DNA of 64,000 nt from Macrostomum lignano (lineage: Eukaryota), in contig NIVC01002292.1 of NCBI GenBank assembly GCA_002269645.1, positions 1 through 64,000 of the forward strand. Reading direction: 5' to 3'. A model generated the notes under the pieces. That model was given only the letters and a program-made list of their open reading frames with translations, had not been told where the DNA came from and made no database searches. Position numbers and translations under genes: made by a program. Each line of letters begins with the position of its first letter. Position 1 is the stretch's first letter. Positions 28,965 through 40,233 of this stretch are shown piece by piece.

Positions 28965-30503
28965 TCAATTGATTGAGCCCTGAAAGTCATTTCGAAATGA
29001 CGGCAAATCAATGTCGGCAGCCAGAAGAAGATCGGCTTCCTTCAGGCTGGACAAGAGGCCGTCCACGCTGGTGTCAGAGGCGTCAGTGTCCATCTGGCAC
29101 GCGCCGCTGTCTGCAAAGCGTTCGTAAATATTGTATCTCAATTCAGTACTGCAGATTAAATTGAAGAATTAAAGAGATAAACATGTACTGTATTCTGCGT
29201 AGCTTGTGGATTTCACGGATTTCACTTTTATGTTGACTGTCGAGTGCGGCTTACCGATCTCCAGCAGCGGCGGCGTGGCCACGGTCTCCGGGGCCAGTCC
29301 GGAGTCGGAGGACTCCTGCCTGCGGTGGTCGACGCTGAAAACGCACTGCAGCGTGGGATCCGTGACGCCGCCTCCGCCGCTGTGGTGATTGTACATCTCC
29401 TGGCGCATCAGCTGCTCCTGAAAAATTTATTTTGAAAAAAAATCAAAGTTGCGTGGAAAAATGTCATCAAGTCAAAGAACGGTAAGCCGATTGCTCACAT
29501 TTCTAGTCGCCATCTCGAGTTTCCACCGCAGCAACTCCTTCTGGGCGGTCAAGCTGCTCAACTTACGGTACGCGTTGCACCGGCCCAAGTAGTCAATGTG
29601 CAGGCGGCAGACCTCGCTGGGTGATTGGCCCCAGCCCGACTGCAACTGCCGCGGAATGCGCGGATCGTACCAGCTAGTCGATTTGCTGTTGTGATCGACG
29701 AAGTAGATCTTGTTCTCGTCGTTGAAGGCCATCTCCCAGCCGGCGGGCAGCGGACAGATCTCGAACTCGGGCGGACAGGTGGACGGCGAGTCGGCATAGC
29801 TGAAACAGTTTCTCGAAGATGAAGCAAAGAGGATGGAAGCAGAGAGAGTATATAATTGAAGCAAAACTCACGCCTCCTGCATGGCAGCATCTGTCTGGTT
29901 GGTCTGGCGACTCTGCTGGTAGAAGGCTTGCTGACCCGGACCACCTAAGTGCTCCTGCCTGTGCTGCTGCACCGCTGCAGCTGCTGCGGCTGCCGCCGCC
30001 GCCGCCGCCGCTGCCTGGTTGGAGATTTTAGCTGGCGACGAGTGAGCTCGCGTGTGCGACACCGAAGCGGCGGCTCCTCCGCCAACGACACCGACTGACG
30101 CCGGGGCCGTGTCGAGCCGTAGGCCGGGACTCGCGCCTGCAGCATCTGGGCCGCTCTCCGCGGCTACTGAGGCATTTGCGGCACCATGGGTGGCCGTCAA
30201 GAGGGGGCTTCGCTGCATAGAGGACACACCAGACGCGCTGCGAAAGTGGAATTCCCCCACCGGGGGGGACATGTTTGGCTGCAGTACAGACTGGGGACTC
30301 GGGTCGAAAAAGGATCGGGGCAGCTTCCTGTCTTTCAGTGGCTTGGCTGACGAAAAGGAGCAAGAGGGATCAGTGACAACCCTGAACATCTCTTCAAGGC
30401 TGTTGCTTGAATCTTCTCTTGTGTGCACCTGAATATGACCGGCATTGGCCTGGCCGGAACAGCCTCCACCGAATCCCTCAGAGTACTGAGGAGGAAGCGC
30501 CAT
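28965..30503 (-). CDS. yki: Yorkie/YAP transcriptional co-activator, 4 exons, 413 aa
   Basis: Exons 30503-29872, 29799-29499, 29417-29255, 29110-28965, phase-compatible (1242 nt). TEAD-binding IQVHTREDS..LEEMF..PLKDRKLPRSFF; WW domain PLPAGWEMAF..YFVDHNSKSTSWYDPR; four HxRxxS motifs (HTREDS, HFRSAS, HTRAHS, HRRQES); DSG phosphodegron. Confidence 0.93.
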
Positions 30504-31499
30504 TTTGCTTCAGCGAAAATACTAAAAAATGGAGCTCTGAATCGAAGAATCGCCAATTCCAACTTAAATACGCTTTTACGTGCAACAAAGTAAAACAAAT
30601 TTCTACTAACAACGCATTTGGGATTATCGTGGACGATGCAGAGTGCCAAAATACGTGAACAACAGTATTTTAAAAATTGTCTCTTTCATTTTATTAATTT
30701 TTAAAATGCACGAAAATGAAAACGCGCTGGTATCTAATGTCACCAGCGCAGGGTTTTTCATACTTGTCAATTATGGTTCTCCAGTAACCAGAACATCTGG
30801 CTAAATATACCAAAAGATTCGTTATTTTATAAAATTAAATGTTACTTTAACTTTGCTTAAAACACTGAATAATTTCACTTTTAATCGAAATACAATTTTA
30901 GAACTTTTTTGAGTATAATGTTTTTTCTCGGATATCCTGTTTTGGAATCGTGAATGAAAACTTTCCCTGCAGTCTAAAAACAAAAATTAAAATTCTGTAA
31001 CGATTAGAACTGGAACTATTGTCTCTAGATTTTTTTATAATAATCAAATATAAAATAAAAGGTATTGAGGATAGTTATTAATTACCAACTTTAATATATA
31101 ATTTAACAATTTAACATAAATAAAAGCTTAATAACATAATATAAACTAAAGTAAACTTTACCGACAGCTGTAGTTAAGTACATGAACATACAAAACATTC
31201 TGTACTTTGATTCTAAGCAGATAGTAAATAATATATTCTGTTCAAAAACACTAGAATATTGTAACTTGAAAAAGTCTAAATGGATAAAAACATAAGACTA
31301 GTTTACTTGCCTAAGCTCAAGTTTTTACGAGTATCTTAAAATATCACAATATCTTCATATTTGTAAAACACAATCTTTACATCAATTTTCCCTTACTATC
31401 TTATAACACTTAAAAAATTATTTTTCATCAATTTCATCAAATTTCAATTTCTTCATTGAAATGAAAAAGTTTTTTTCATCAAATGAAAAAGCAAATACA

Positions 31500-31830
31500 G
31501 TTTCAAATCTCGCCAATCTCACATCTCCTCAATCTTACGTCTCTTCAACCTCACACATTGTAAGTCTCACATCTCTTCGATCTCTCATCTTGTCAATCTC
31601 ACATCTCTTTTATCTCACATCTTGTCAGTCTCTTTTCTCTTTTATATCACAGCTTGTCAATCTTACATCTCTTCAATCTCACATCTTTTCAATCCCACGT
31701 CTAATCAATCTCACATCTCGTCAATCTCAAGTCTTATCAATCTAACATCTCTTCAATCTCACGTCTTATCAATCTCATCTCTTCAATCTCTCGTCTCTTC
31801 AACCTCACATCTCTTCAGTCTGACGTCTCC
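31500..31830 (+). repeat. Low-complexity pyrimidine-rich (ATCTCACATCTC-like) tract
   Basis: Degenerate TCAATCTCACATCTC repeats. Confidence 0.7.
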
Positions 31831-32249
31831 TTACTTACTTATGCTACACTGCATAAGTTTCTTACCCTGACAAAAATGACTTCTTCACCTCATGAGCGCC
31901 TCATGCACGTAATATACACAACAAAGCCTACCACAATGCGAAGCATTCGTATTTTCAAATGAAAAACCGCGCATCAGGCCGAGCGTACAGTCTGCAGTGG
32001 GGTTGGAAATGCTTAATAGTTTGTTTCATCACAGGTGCAGGACGACAGTGAGCAATTGTGTTTCTCTCAGCAGCGATGAACGTGCATAGGTTAGCCGCAG
32101 AGGGCATGACAATAAAATGCAACAAGAGAGGGCCAGAGAGGGCAATGGTAGGCTAATTATTTCCAAGAATTGCCGAGCTACTCACTTTAGGTAATTCCAG
32201 AGTGAGTGCATACGCTAAGCTTGGCGTCATTATTAAGAGCAGGTTAAAT

Positions 32250-33433
32250 CACAGAATATAGACAGAATGCCCGATCGGCTGTCGCGGGATGTTTGGAAAT
32301 TAATATGCAAACAAACTACTTTTGTGGTGAAGCGGAGCAGTAGTTATGAAAATTCGATATGCATATATATATTTATAATATATGTTGACTCTGCGTATGA
32401 TTCTATAAACTTAGATACTGCTTCAGAATTTAAAATTAACAGGTTTGGCAGTGCCTAGGCTGATTAATGATTGATTCCAGGCTTTCCTAGTTCTACTTGA
32501 GCCACAGCAACAATATCTGCCCAGTTTGCAGTTTTTCGAGTGCCGCTATAATCAAGTTCAATGCAATGCTTATGCAGAGCATTTCGCATGTTCTTTAAGC
32601 AATGAGGAACATCGATTTAAGCTGGAATCAGTGACTGAACTCCGTCTACTTCGATGCACACGGAAGGGCGATCAGGATTCGCCCCTAACTGTCGCAAGCA
32701 CTGCCACTGAGTAGACTCCTGGTCACACACGATGCCGGAAAGCGTGAGTCCCATTCTGTTAACTGCAGCGGTAAGGTTCTGCTGTTTCTTTGTACAGCTG
32801 GAGCGTCGGGTATGCCGTGGGCATCAGTCTGACCCCAGGCGCATGTCTCTGGTCAGGACACACGTACATGCTGTCGGGAAAATGGTGGCTGCACACGACA
32901 GCGTTCTTCCACCTCGCTTCGTTTTTCTTGCCCAAGAGGTCTGATCGGAAAATGCGCCGAGCCCAATCTTCACACCTACAGTAGTTAGGTTTCAGTGAAT
33001 GACTGTGTGGCAATAGCAGGCAAGTCACGCATGTACATGAACATACCTTTCACGGTTTTCTGGGAAACGATGAAATCTCGTTTGTGCAGGACATTTGTTT
33101 GTGTAATTCTGGCAGCCATAAGCAGCGCATTGCCTTCTTGATGCTGTCATAATGTTAAAGTTGTCTCTGTTAATGCCTTCGTTGCTGCCAATCACTGCCT
33201 TATTAATGTCAGTAGCAGCAGCCGCTGCCACAGAATATACTGTATATTCTATGGCATCGGCTGCTGCTACTCGCAGTCTCAGTCGTCTATGGCAGAACCT
33301 TTCCGAGCCGCATACGAGTAAGTATAAGTGACTACTATCTTTCTTCACCACAAAAGTAGCTAAATATGCAAATACTTTTTGCGGCAGATTTTTCTGCGAG
33401 AGGGCTGATCGGCCATTCTGTCTATATTCTGTG
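32250..33433 (-). mobile_element. Internally deleted P-element-family DNA transposon
   Basis: 30-bp TIRs CACAGAATATAGACAGAATG(C/G)CCGATC(G/A)GC with 2 mismatches; perfect 8-bp TSD GGTTAAAT (32242-32249, 33434-33441); 17-bp subterminal inverted repeats (32316-32332, 33343-33359). Contains a THAP ORF and a transposase-core relic, GIVCDQEST...DVPHCLKNMRNAL. Confidence 0.92.
32759..33150 (-). CDS. THAP-domain-only protein (106 aa) inside the deleted P element
   Basis: Exon 1 33150-33047, 71-bp GT-AG intron, exon 2 32975-32759. C2CH THAP signature CAAYGC...FHRFP...W...CSHHF...AYPTL is intact. Confidence 0.8.
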
Positions 33434-34372
33434 GGTTAAATTGCTGTTTCGACATTTCCAGGAAACCTGTGCGCGTCTGCTCATGAGAACTTCTTGTGAA
33501 AATATCTGAAAATTGGCATCTTGTTGAGATGATTGATGAATAGCAAACAAGCAATTTATAGACAAATTTGTCCTTTTTGCTGAATCAGGGGCACACCTTA
33601 GAGGTTCAGAAGTAAATTATACCACAGAGTTTTCTGCTGGATTCTACGCGCTCGAAAGGGAAAGTGACGCCTTGCTCAGAGTGGGACTCGATTCCGATTC
33701 GGAAGACGCGTTACCAAGCGATGACTCGACGGATTCGGAGTCGGAAAGCATGAATTCAGAAGCTAATGAGAGCCAAGATGAGGCTACCGCGGAATGGGTT
33801 GATCTTCCTGACTGAACAGTTTCTCAACAGTCTTGTCACATGGACTTTTTAAAATCTGACACACCACAACAAGCCATACGGGGCACTTTCTTTAGTGAAT
33901 ATGGAGATGGGTTTTGATGCCATAGACATTTTTGAATCTCAGGGTTTTTGGACCGTTTAGGTATGGCCTGCGATGCAGGTCTTTGGCTTCTAAACGGTTG
34001 ACAAATATTTTATAAAACAGATAATCTTTAAAAAATGTGTATTTAGGTAAAATAAATTTATTTAGCCAGTCTTCAATAATTCCCTATCTATTAAAAAAGC
34101 CATAAAATGGTGGCTTTGCTCGCCAGGAAGCGAAATCACGTAAGAGTACGGTGCTGCAGTTAGCATAGCGCAAGTGAGGTTTTACCACAGACAGTCTCAG
34201 GAACGCGCTGGCTGGCTTTGCACACTGAATCAATGGCAACTTTGGCCATAGACATTCGCAGCGGTCGGCCTGCCGCGCTTTGCTTAAAACACACGCATAG
34301 GTTGACTACAAATGGCCTGAGCCAACCCCCAATTTTGTGCAAGTACATCTGAGATCGGTACAATGGGTGGTT

Positions 34373-34462
34373 GTCTGGAATTGAGATTTCAGTTAATAAC
34401 GACGAGCGTGCGTAGCGCGCGAGTTGTCAATTTGACCATTAACTGAAATCTCAATTCCAGAC
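34373..34462. repeat. Perfect 25-bp inverted repeat with 40-bp spacer (mini-MITE or hairpin)
   Basis: GTCTGGAATTGAGATTTCAGTTAAT (34373-34397) / ATTAACTGAAATCTCAATTCCAGAC (34438-34462). Confidence 0.85.
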
Positions 34463-34646
34463 GACATCATTGTCCAAATTGTCAGCTAGGGGTTAGAAAT
34501 CAAAGTGGGTGGGGGACGGAAATAGGGGTGTGGATTTCACCCACATCTTAATATCTGCCACGTCTATGGTAAAAGCCAAGGGTCAGAAAAAATCAGTTAG
34601 TTCAGTTCCAGACAGCGGCAGAACACACGAAATCACAGAGAATGAT

Positions 34647-35260
34647 ATGTCTATGGTCAAGACGACGGAGTTTTAAAGAGTGTTCATCGGGCGAGTAGAA
34701 TCAATTTCATAGAGTCGCGATAGAATGGAAGGCATTCATTTTCCAATCAATCTGCCTATCGACGAATTAGGCAATGTCGACTCGTTCGAACTGAACTTTA
34801 TTTCCGAGACTTCAAACATCGACCGACGCGACGACGACTTTGCCGCGTTCCTTGACTACATTCAAAGTGATCGTTCTAACGATGAACTGCCGTGCCTAGA
34901 TGGCGAGCAACTTTATTTTAACGAGATGGATCGAGTAGAAATTGAAAGCCTACCTGCCGAAACGAGGAAGCAGATGTACATTCACGGTGAACGCTTCCTT
35001 AATTTCCTAGCGAGTGAGAAACTACGATAGTCACGACAACCCTGTGGCTAAGTTCAGTTTCAATGGATGCACCTTTAATCAATGCAAGTTCAACTAAATT
35101 TTGTGAGACATTTGTGCGACAAATTAACTATAGCTAAAAGTGTGCTTCTGATTGTTATATGTTAAGTTTAAAATATACGCGTTAACTTGAAAAATTATAC
35201 CACTTCTAAAAATTCCAAACAATGACCGGTCATTGCCTTGAACTAAATTACCATAGACAT
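34647..35260 (+). mobile_element. Probable deleted Crypton-like (tyrosine recombinase/DUF3504-type) element
   Basis: 11-bp inverted ends ATGTCTATGGT / ACCATAGACAT. ORF 34725-35030 ends ...ESLPAETRKQMYIHGERFLNFL, next to an out-of-frame terminal FSFNGCTFNQCKFN-stop (35032-35097); both recall the N- and C-termini of Crypton-type proteins. No catalytic domain remains. Confidence 0.4.
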
Positions 35261-35659
35261 TTTGAACAATGGCGCAATTTTGGCAGAGTCTGGCAAAAAT
35301 GAGAACAGGATTGGTTTGAGCAGGCCGTCCAGAGTTCACATTAGATCACAGCCACTCCAGGCGTGTTCAAACCGCCATCAAATGAGCCAAAAAATTATTA
35401 CTTATATGCAAAGCGATGAAAAATTAATTACGAGCGTCTGATGGCGAGCGAGCTGTTCGACTGAATGACAGGTGTTAGATTGATGAAATGGAGACGTCAA
35501 TGTTTTGTAAAAGAAGACGCCTGTCACCGCTTATTCCACAAACACCTGACGCTTCTGGTGCGTCATCGGTCGCTCCTGGGAATCGAATACTGGCAGACGA
35601 TGAGCCGCCACTGTTGACTTTAGCTGCTGTCAGTTGACTGCTCGAGTGCTCAAGTCCAG

Positions 35660-36185
35660 GGGGGTCTTTCTCGAAAGCAACTTACGATCGACCATAGACG
35701 TAAGTTGGGTAAGCTACACTTACGGGTTGCTCGAAGGGCTCGCAAGTTAGCTATGCGTAAGATTGATCGCAACTTTACGAGTTCGTAACTTTGCGCAAAA
35801 GACTGTTTCTCGAAACGTTCGTATGTCTATGGTCTTTCGTAAGGTTGATCTTAACCCTACGACTGCTCGGTATCAGTCGTAAGACGCACTTAAGCACTAA
35901 TCGCATAGTACGTGAAGCTTTAGTCAAGCCAAGTCAAGTTAAACTTTATCGAAGGTGGGTCTTTCTCGAAAGCAACTTACGATAGACTAAGTAAAGATAT
36001 TTGCAGATTTATGACCATAGACATGCAACTTTTCGTTTCAGATACGACTTACGAACAGCGTAAGCCACGCAAAGTCTAAGTGAGTTTTGAGAAAGCGTCT
36101 TACGAGCAAACCTACGCTACACGTAAATTTCTTTCTTACGATCTAACTTACCATAGAACTTACGTGAGTTTCGAGAAACACCCCC
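35660..36185. mobile_element. PIF/Harbinger-like MITE
   Basis: TIRs GGGGGT(C/G)TTTCTCGAAA; 3-bp TSD CAG (35657-35659, 36186-36188); many CTTACG/CGTAAG internal motifs. Confidence 0.7.
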
Positions 36186-36796
36186 CAGAGCCTGCGCGCT
36201 TGTCAAAGATATACACAGGCGCGCTTTTGCAGTCCTCCCACCTGTCTGTGGTGTGCAAATTAAAAACTTTGGATGAGACAACAACATTTCGACAGGCCGG
36301 CCTCGGTTCCTGGCCCTGGAAGCGACCTTATGTACAGTGTTTACTTTTTAAATTGTGAAAAAAGCGTTCTGGAGAGTGGAAACTCAGCTATAGTTCTGTT
36401 CAATAAAAAGTAACTTAATTTTTGTAGAATGCATAGCATCGAACAGGGTTTTACCACAGACTACGACAATTTGACTGCCGACGAAATTTTATGAAACCAG
36501 TAACTAATTTTAAGGAAATTCCCGAGTCAACAAAAATAAACTCTGTGCAGAACAAGAAAAAAGATTTCTGAGAAGAAACTGAAGCAAAAATAGCAGGTGA
36601 GGCAGGTAGTAAATTGAAGATTCTTTGGTATAAAAATAGAATGGCTACAATGTAGACAAAACTTGGAATTGCCAATGGATAGTCCAGGCAACTGTTATAT
36701 AATGGAGACTTTCGCAAAGTCTTGGCTAAGCACGGATTCAAACAGGCTGAGTCTCAGACCAATTAAAACTGCAACACAAAAGTTAATCTTGCCGCA

Positions 36797-37414
36797 ATGC
36801 TGACAACACAGGCTCTATTAGGTCTTCTTGCACTTGTCGCCATTACCATCTCAAACGGCCAGGCGAGCCCCGGCGACTGCCTGACTCTCCTGCAGGGCGA
36901 GGCGGCTGACATGCTGATCGAGGCTGTGGAGGGCCTGCGGGACATCGCCGGCCGACTCGAGCAGCGACTGCCGCTCGGCTCCTCCTGCAGCCACCGGAAG
37001 CGCAGTCTGCTGCCCTCATTGAACCAGTCGACGCTGGGCTTTGACACGCCAAATCGGCGAGCGCTCAACGCCACGCAGCTGACGCTGCAGTTCCTGCAAA
37101 GCTTCCGGCTGGCCGAGAACGCGGAGGGCCTGCGATCTCTGGCCTGCAATTCGGTCAAGATCGAGCGCCGCCTGTATGTCACCGCCTGCCTGCTCCGCCA
37201 GCTCGGCGGTGTGACGGACGCCCAAGCGGAGCAATCGGCGGAATCCGTCGCAGAGTCCAGATGGCTGCAGCAGAGCTTCAGCAGGCAGGAGCAGCGCTAC
37301 AAACGAGATTACATCCTGTGCTGGGACTGCGCCAGAGCCCTGGCGACTGCCGCCAACGATCTCGTAAACGGGACGTTAAGTGAGTACTGCGTATGCAGGG
37401 AGGTCAACTCGTAG
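36797..37414 (+). CDS. Secreted, predicted all-helical protein (205 aa); candidate Unpaired/IL-6-family long-chain cytokine
   Basis: ATG start, hydrophobic signal peptide (MLTTQALLGLLALVAITISNGQA), GC3-rich codon usage, leucine-rich amphipathic segments, 8 Cys, C-terminal RYKRDYIL..D..RAL motif. The family assignment is inference. Confidence 0.7.
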   Translation: MLTTQALLGLLALVAITISNGQASPGDCLTLLQGEAADMLIEAVEGLRDIAGRLEQRLPLGSSCSHRKRSLLPSLNQSTLGFDTPNRRALNATQLTLQFLQSFRLAENAEGLRSLACNSVKIERRLYVTACLLRQLGGVTDAQAEQSAESVAESRWLQQSFSRQEQRYKRDYILCWDCARALATAANDLVNGTLSEYCVCREVNS

Positions 37415-38711
37415 GCCAGGACAGGCTTCTTTTCGAATTTCGTTGGAGGCCGAAAATTAATCAGAAAGTTTTTTAGTTTTTTTAGCACTAAAATTACAAT
37501 GAATCTCACCTTCTGGACTTCGAAATTTGAAAAGAATACACAGAAACAGGAACGATTGTGCTTAATTTCTATCTCCGGTAGCATATCCTCAAATACAAAA
37601 TAGCTTGGCAACCTTGACAGCTATTCATAGATAACCTCATCAACTGACGGATAAAAACCCGCCCCCATCTCCAACTTGCAGGCTACATCTTGCCAGACGA
37701 CTGTCCGTGAGGCTCCCGACGGTCTCTGTGGGACTTGCCAGCTGCATCGCTGTTACTGATTTCTAAATGTACACATCATTTGTTCTTCCATTCTGGCCTA
37801 TTCAGCAACTCCATTCCGAGCATTCGGTGGGCTTTTTGAAAATAAGATTTTTAATCGCATTCATGCCATTAAAGCCTATCCATCCGCTCGCACCGTCCGT
37901 CCATGTTTCTGCTGAATTTCAGCATTTTTTATTTTTAAATTAACTTTCATCTACACATTGCCTAACTGATCACTGTATCTCAAAGCTGCTTGTTCTTACA
38001 CTCGTGCAGAATACTCACTATGATAAAATATTTAGCTATTAACCTTTAAAGTATTTTTACATTAGTCAAAGCTAGTACCTCTTTTAACCGATTTATTGTT
38101 GTGTAAAAAATCATGATAAATGTAGATCGCTTGAAAATAAATCTTCTCTATAACAAAAAACCCATTCGAGAATCCAAAGCAATTGGGAAATTACGCGTAG
38201 CTACGCTCCTAATGCCTGTGAAATCCAATGCTGTGCTTTTTAAACACGAGAAAATTGCATAATTTTGCGATAATGCGATAAAAGCGAAAAGGGGTTATAT
38301 TTGAACGAGATACTCTAGGTCGACATTTATAAGCTAAATGAAAGCGTAAAATATACACGATTGAGCGTAATATGGGGTGGGACGATCAGTAAAGAGTGAA
38401 AGTGCTGCGATCAATAATTTGGGGGAATGTACGTACTAGCAAGATAAATATGCTAGTCTAAATTGAGCGTATATTTAGCTGCTATTGCAAATGTAAAAGT
38501 ACAAGAAATACCGCGACACAGTGGCTGCTCCAGAACAGGCCGCGGTGCACCCTGTGTGAGCGTGTGTGAGAATTGCCGTCAGCGCTGGTCGTGGGACGAA
38601 GTCGCCGAAGGCCCACAGCCCTCCTGCAAATGTTTAGTGATTAACGACCAGACACTGCTGTTCTCTGTCCCTTCGACTTAACAGCAGGGACACCAGGGCG
38701 GTAGCCACGAC

Positions 38712-40233
38712 CAGGGGCGTAGACAGGAATTTCCTACGGGGGGATACACCAAGGTGAATTTCCTACGGGGGGGGGGTACACCAAGGTGAATTTCCTACGG
38801 GTGGGATACACCAAGGTGAATTTTGAGTAAGCCCTTAATTTCTTCATTTTAGGGGAATTGCAATCTGATCGGCTGGAGGGAGAGTTCTCCATTTATGGGC
38901 AGGGTCGCGGCGGGTGTTATTACGTTTCTGTTGATCAAATATTGGCTTCGGCACGTCTCCGTCGTATGCAACTCTACGCCAAGCTTCAGATTTCCTATCC
39001 AGAGCACAAACAGTCTTTTTGTTGCCAAAGTGACCTTTTGGAGAGAGATTTACACGTCTTTGACAAGCTTCACCAGTCTGCCGCTGAACTCTCTGATGAA
39101 GAGAAAGCTTCTATTTACTATATATGCGGTTATGTCTCGTACAAGGAAAATTTGTCCGGGAAAAGCACCGAGGCATATGCTACAGACAACAGCTGTGAGT
39201 TCACAAAGTTGGTGTCTCGCGGAAAATTGAGTCATCCGCCAGAATGGCTTGTTGTGTATGCTAGTTTCTGCTACGTCTTCTTTCTCGGCTCCGGACAGCG
39301 TTGCGTTAACAGTTCAGTTAATGTGTTTCTGAGAATTTTCGACTCTTTTTTGGATATTGCACTTGGCAACGAGCTACTTATAAGAATATCTCGCCGGTTT
39401 GCAAATTCCTTTTACAAGGGTTTAGTAAGAAAGGAATCTGAAACTGAGAGACATCAAAGCGGTGTTGGTGCAAGACGGTTACGAAAATTAAACACCGATT
39501 AACTTTGTGACGAATTTATTACTATTTTCACTGTCATCTTTGCTACCATCGTGTTGCTTCTACATTTTAAACAAGTCCATGAATCGGGAAATGAGCGAAT
39601 AAGTATTATTATTGTTGACCAAGTGTAGTTCCTATCATTCAATATTGTCATTCTTGTTATTTTTGGGTATTTCTTCGTTTTTTGTTAAACTTCTACACCC
39701 TGTTCACGATCACCTTTTGAAGAAAATATAAATATTTTGTCGGTATACATGCATATAAAAAGCTTTATTCACTGGGCTTTAATTTCTATTCATGTATTAT
39801 ACACATTGCTTCAAATAGCAAAAAGGCCACTAAAACCATAGACACATGCATTCAAAGCGGCCTTTTAGAATTCTGCCAATATTTGCAAGTGTAACGTCCT
39901 GTGTTCTTAAGTAGTCCTTGGATACACCAAGGTGAATTTCCTACGGGGGGGATACACCAAGGTGAATTTTCTACGGGGGGGATACACCAAGGTGAATTTC
40001 CTACGGGGGGATACACCAAGGTGAATTTCCTACGGGGGGGGATACACCAAGGTGAATTTCCTACGGGGGGGATACACCAAGGTGAATTTCCTACGGGGGG
40101 GGATACACCAAGGTAAAAGTGCTATGACAGAGTCACATGGTAGCATGTATAGCAACAAAGGGCAACAAAAAAGTTTTGGTCAGGCTCTTCGGGGGGGATG
40201 CATCCCCCCTATCCGCCCCTCCCTACGCCCCTG
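38712..40233. mobile_element. Non-autonomous TIR element (CAGGGGCGTAG ends) with an internal 30-bp repeat array and a captured fragment
   Basis: TIRs CAGGGGCGTAG (38712-38722) / CTACGCCCCTG (40223-40233); perfect 8-bp TSD GCCACGAC; GATACACCAAGGTGAATTTCCTACG(G)n units, 3 left and 7 right of a roughly 1.1-kb insert. Confidence 0.9.
38853..39502 (+). pseudogene. 3' fragment of a P-element/THAP9-like transposase
   Basis: LQSDRLEGEFSIYGQGRGGCYYVSVDQIL, ASIYYICGYV and LVSRGKLSHP match C-terminal motifs of P transposases. The frame is open to the stop at 39502; no N-terminus. Confidence 0.75.
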
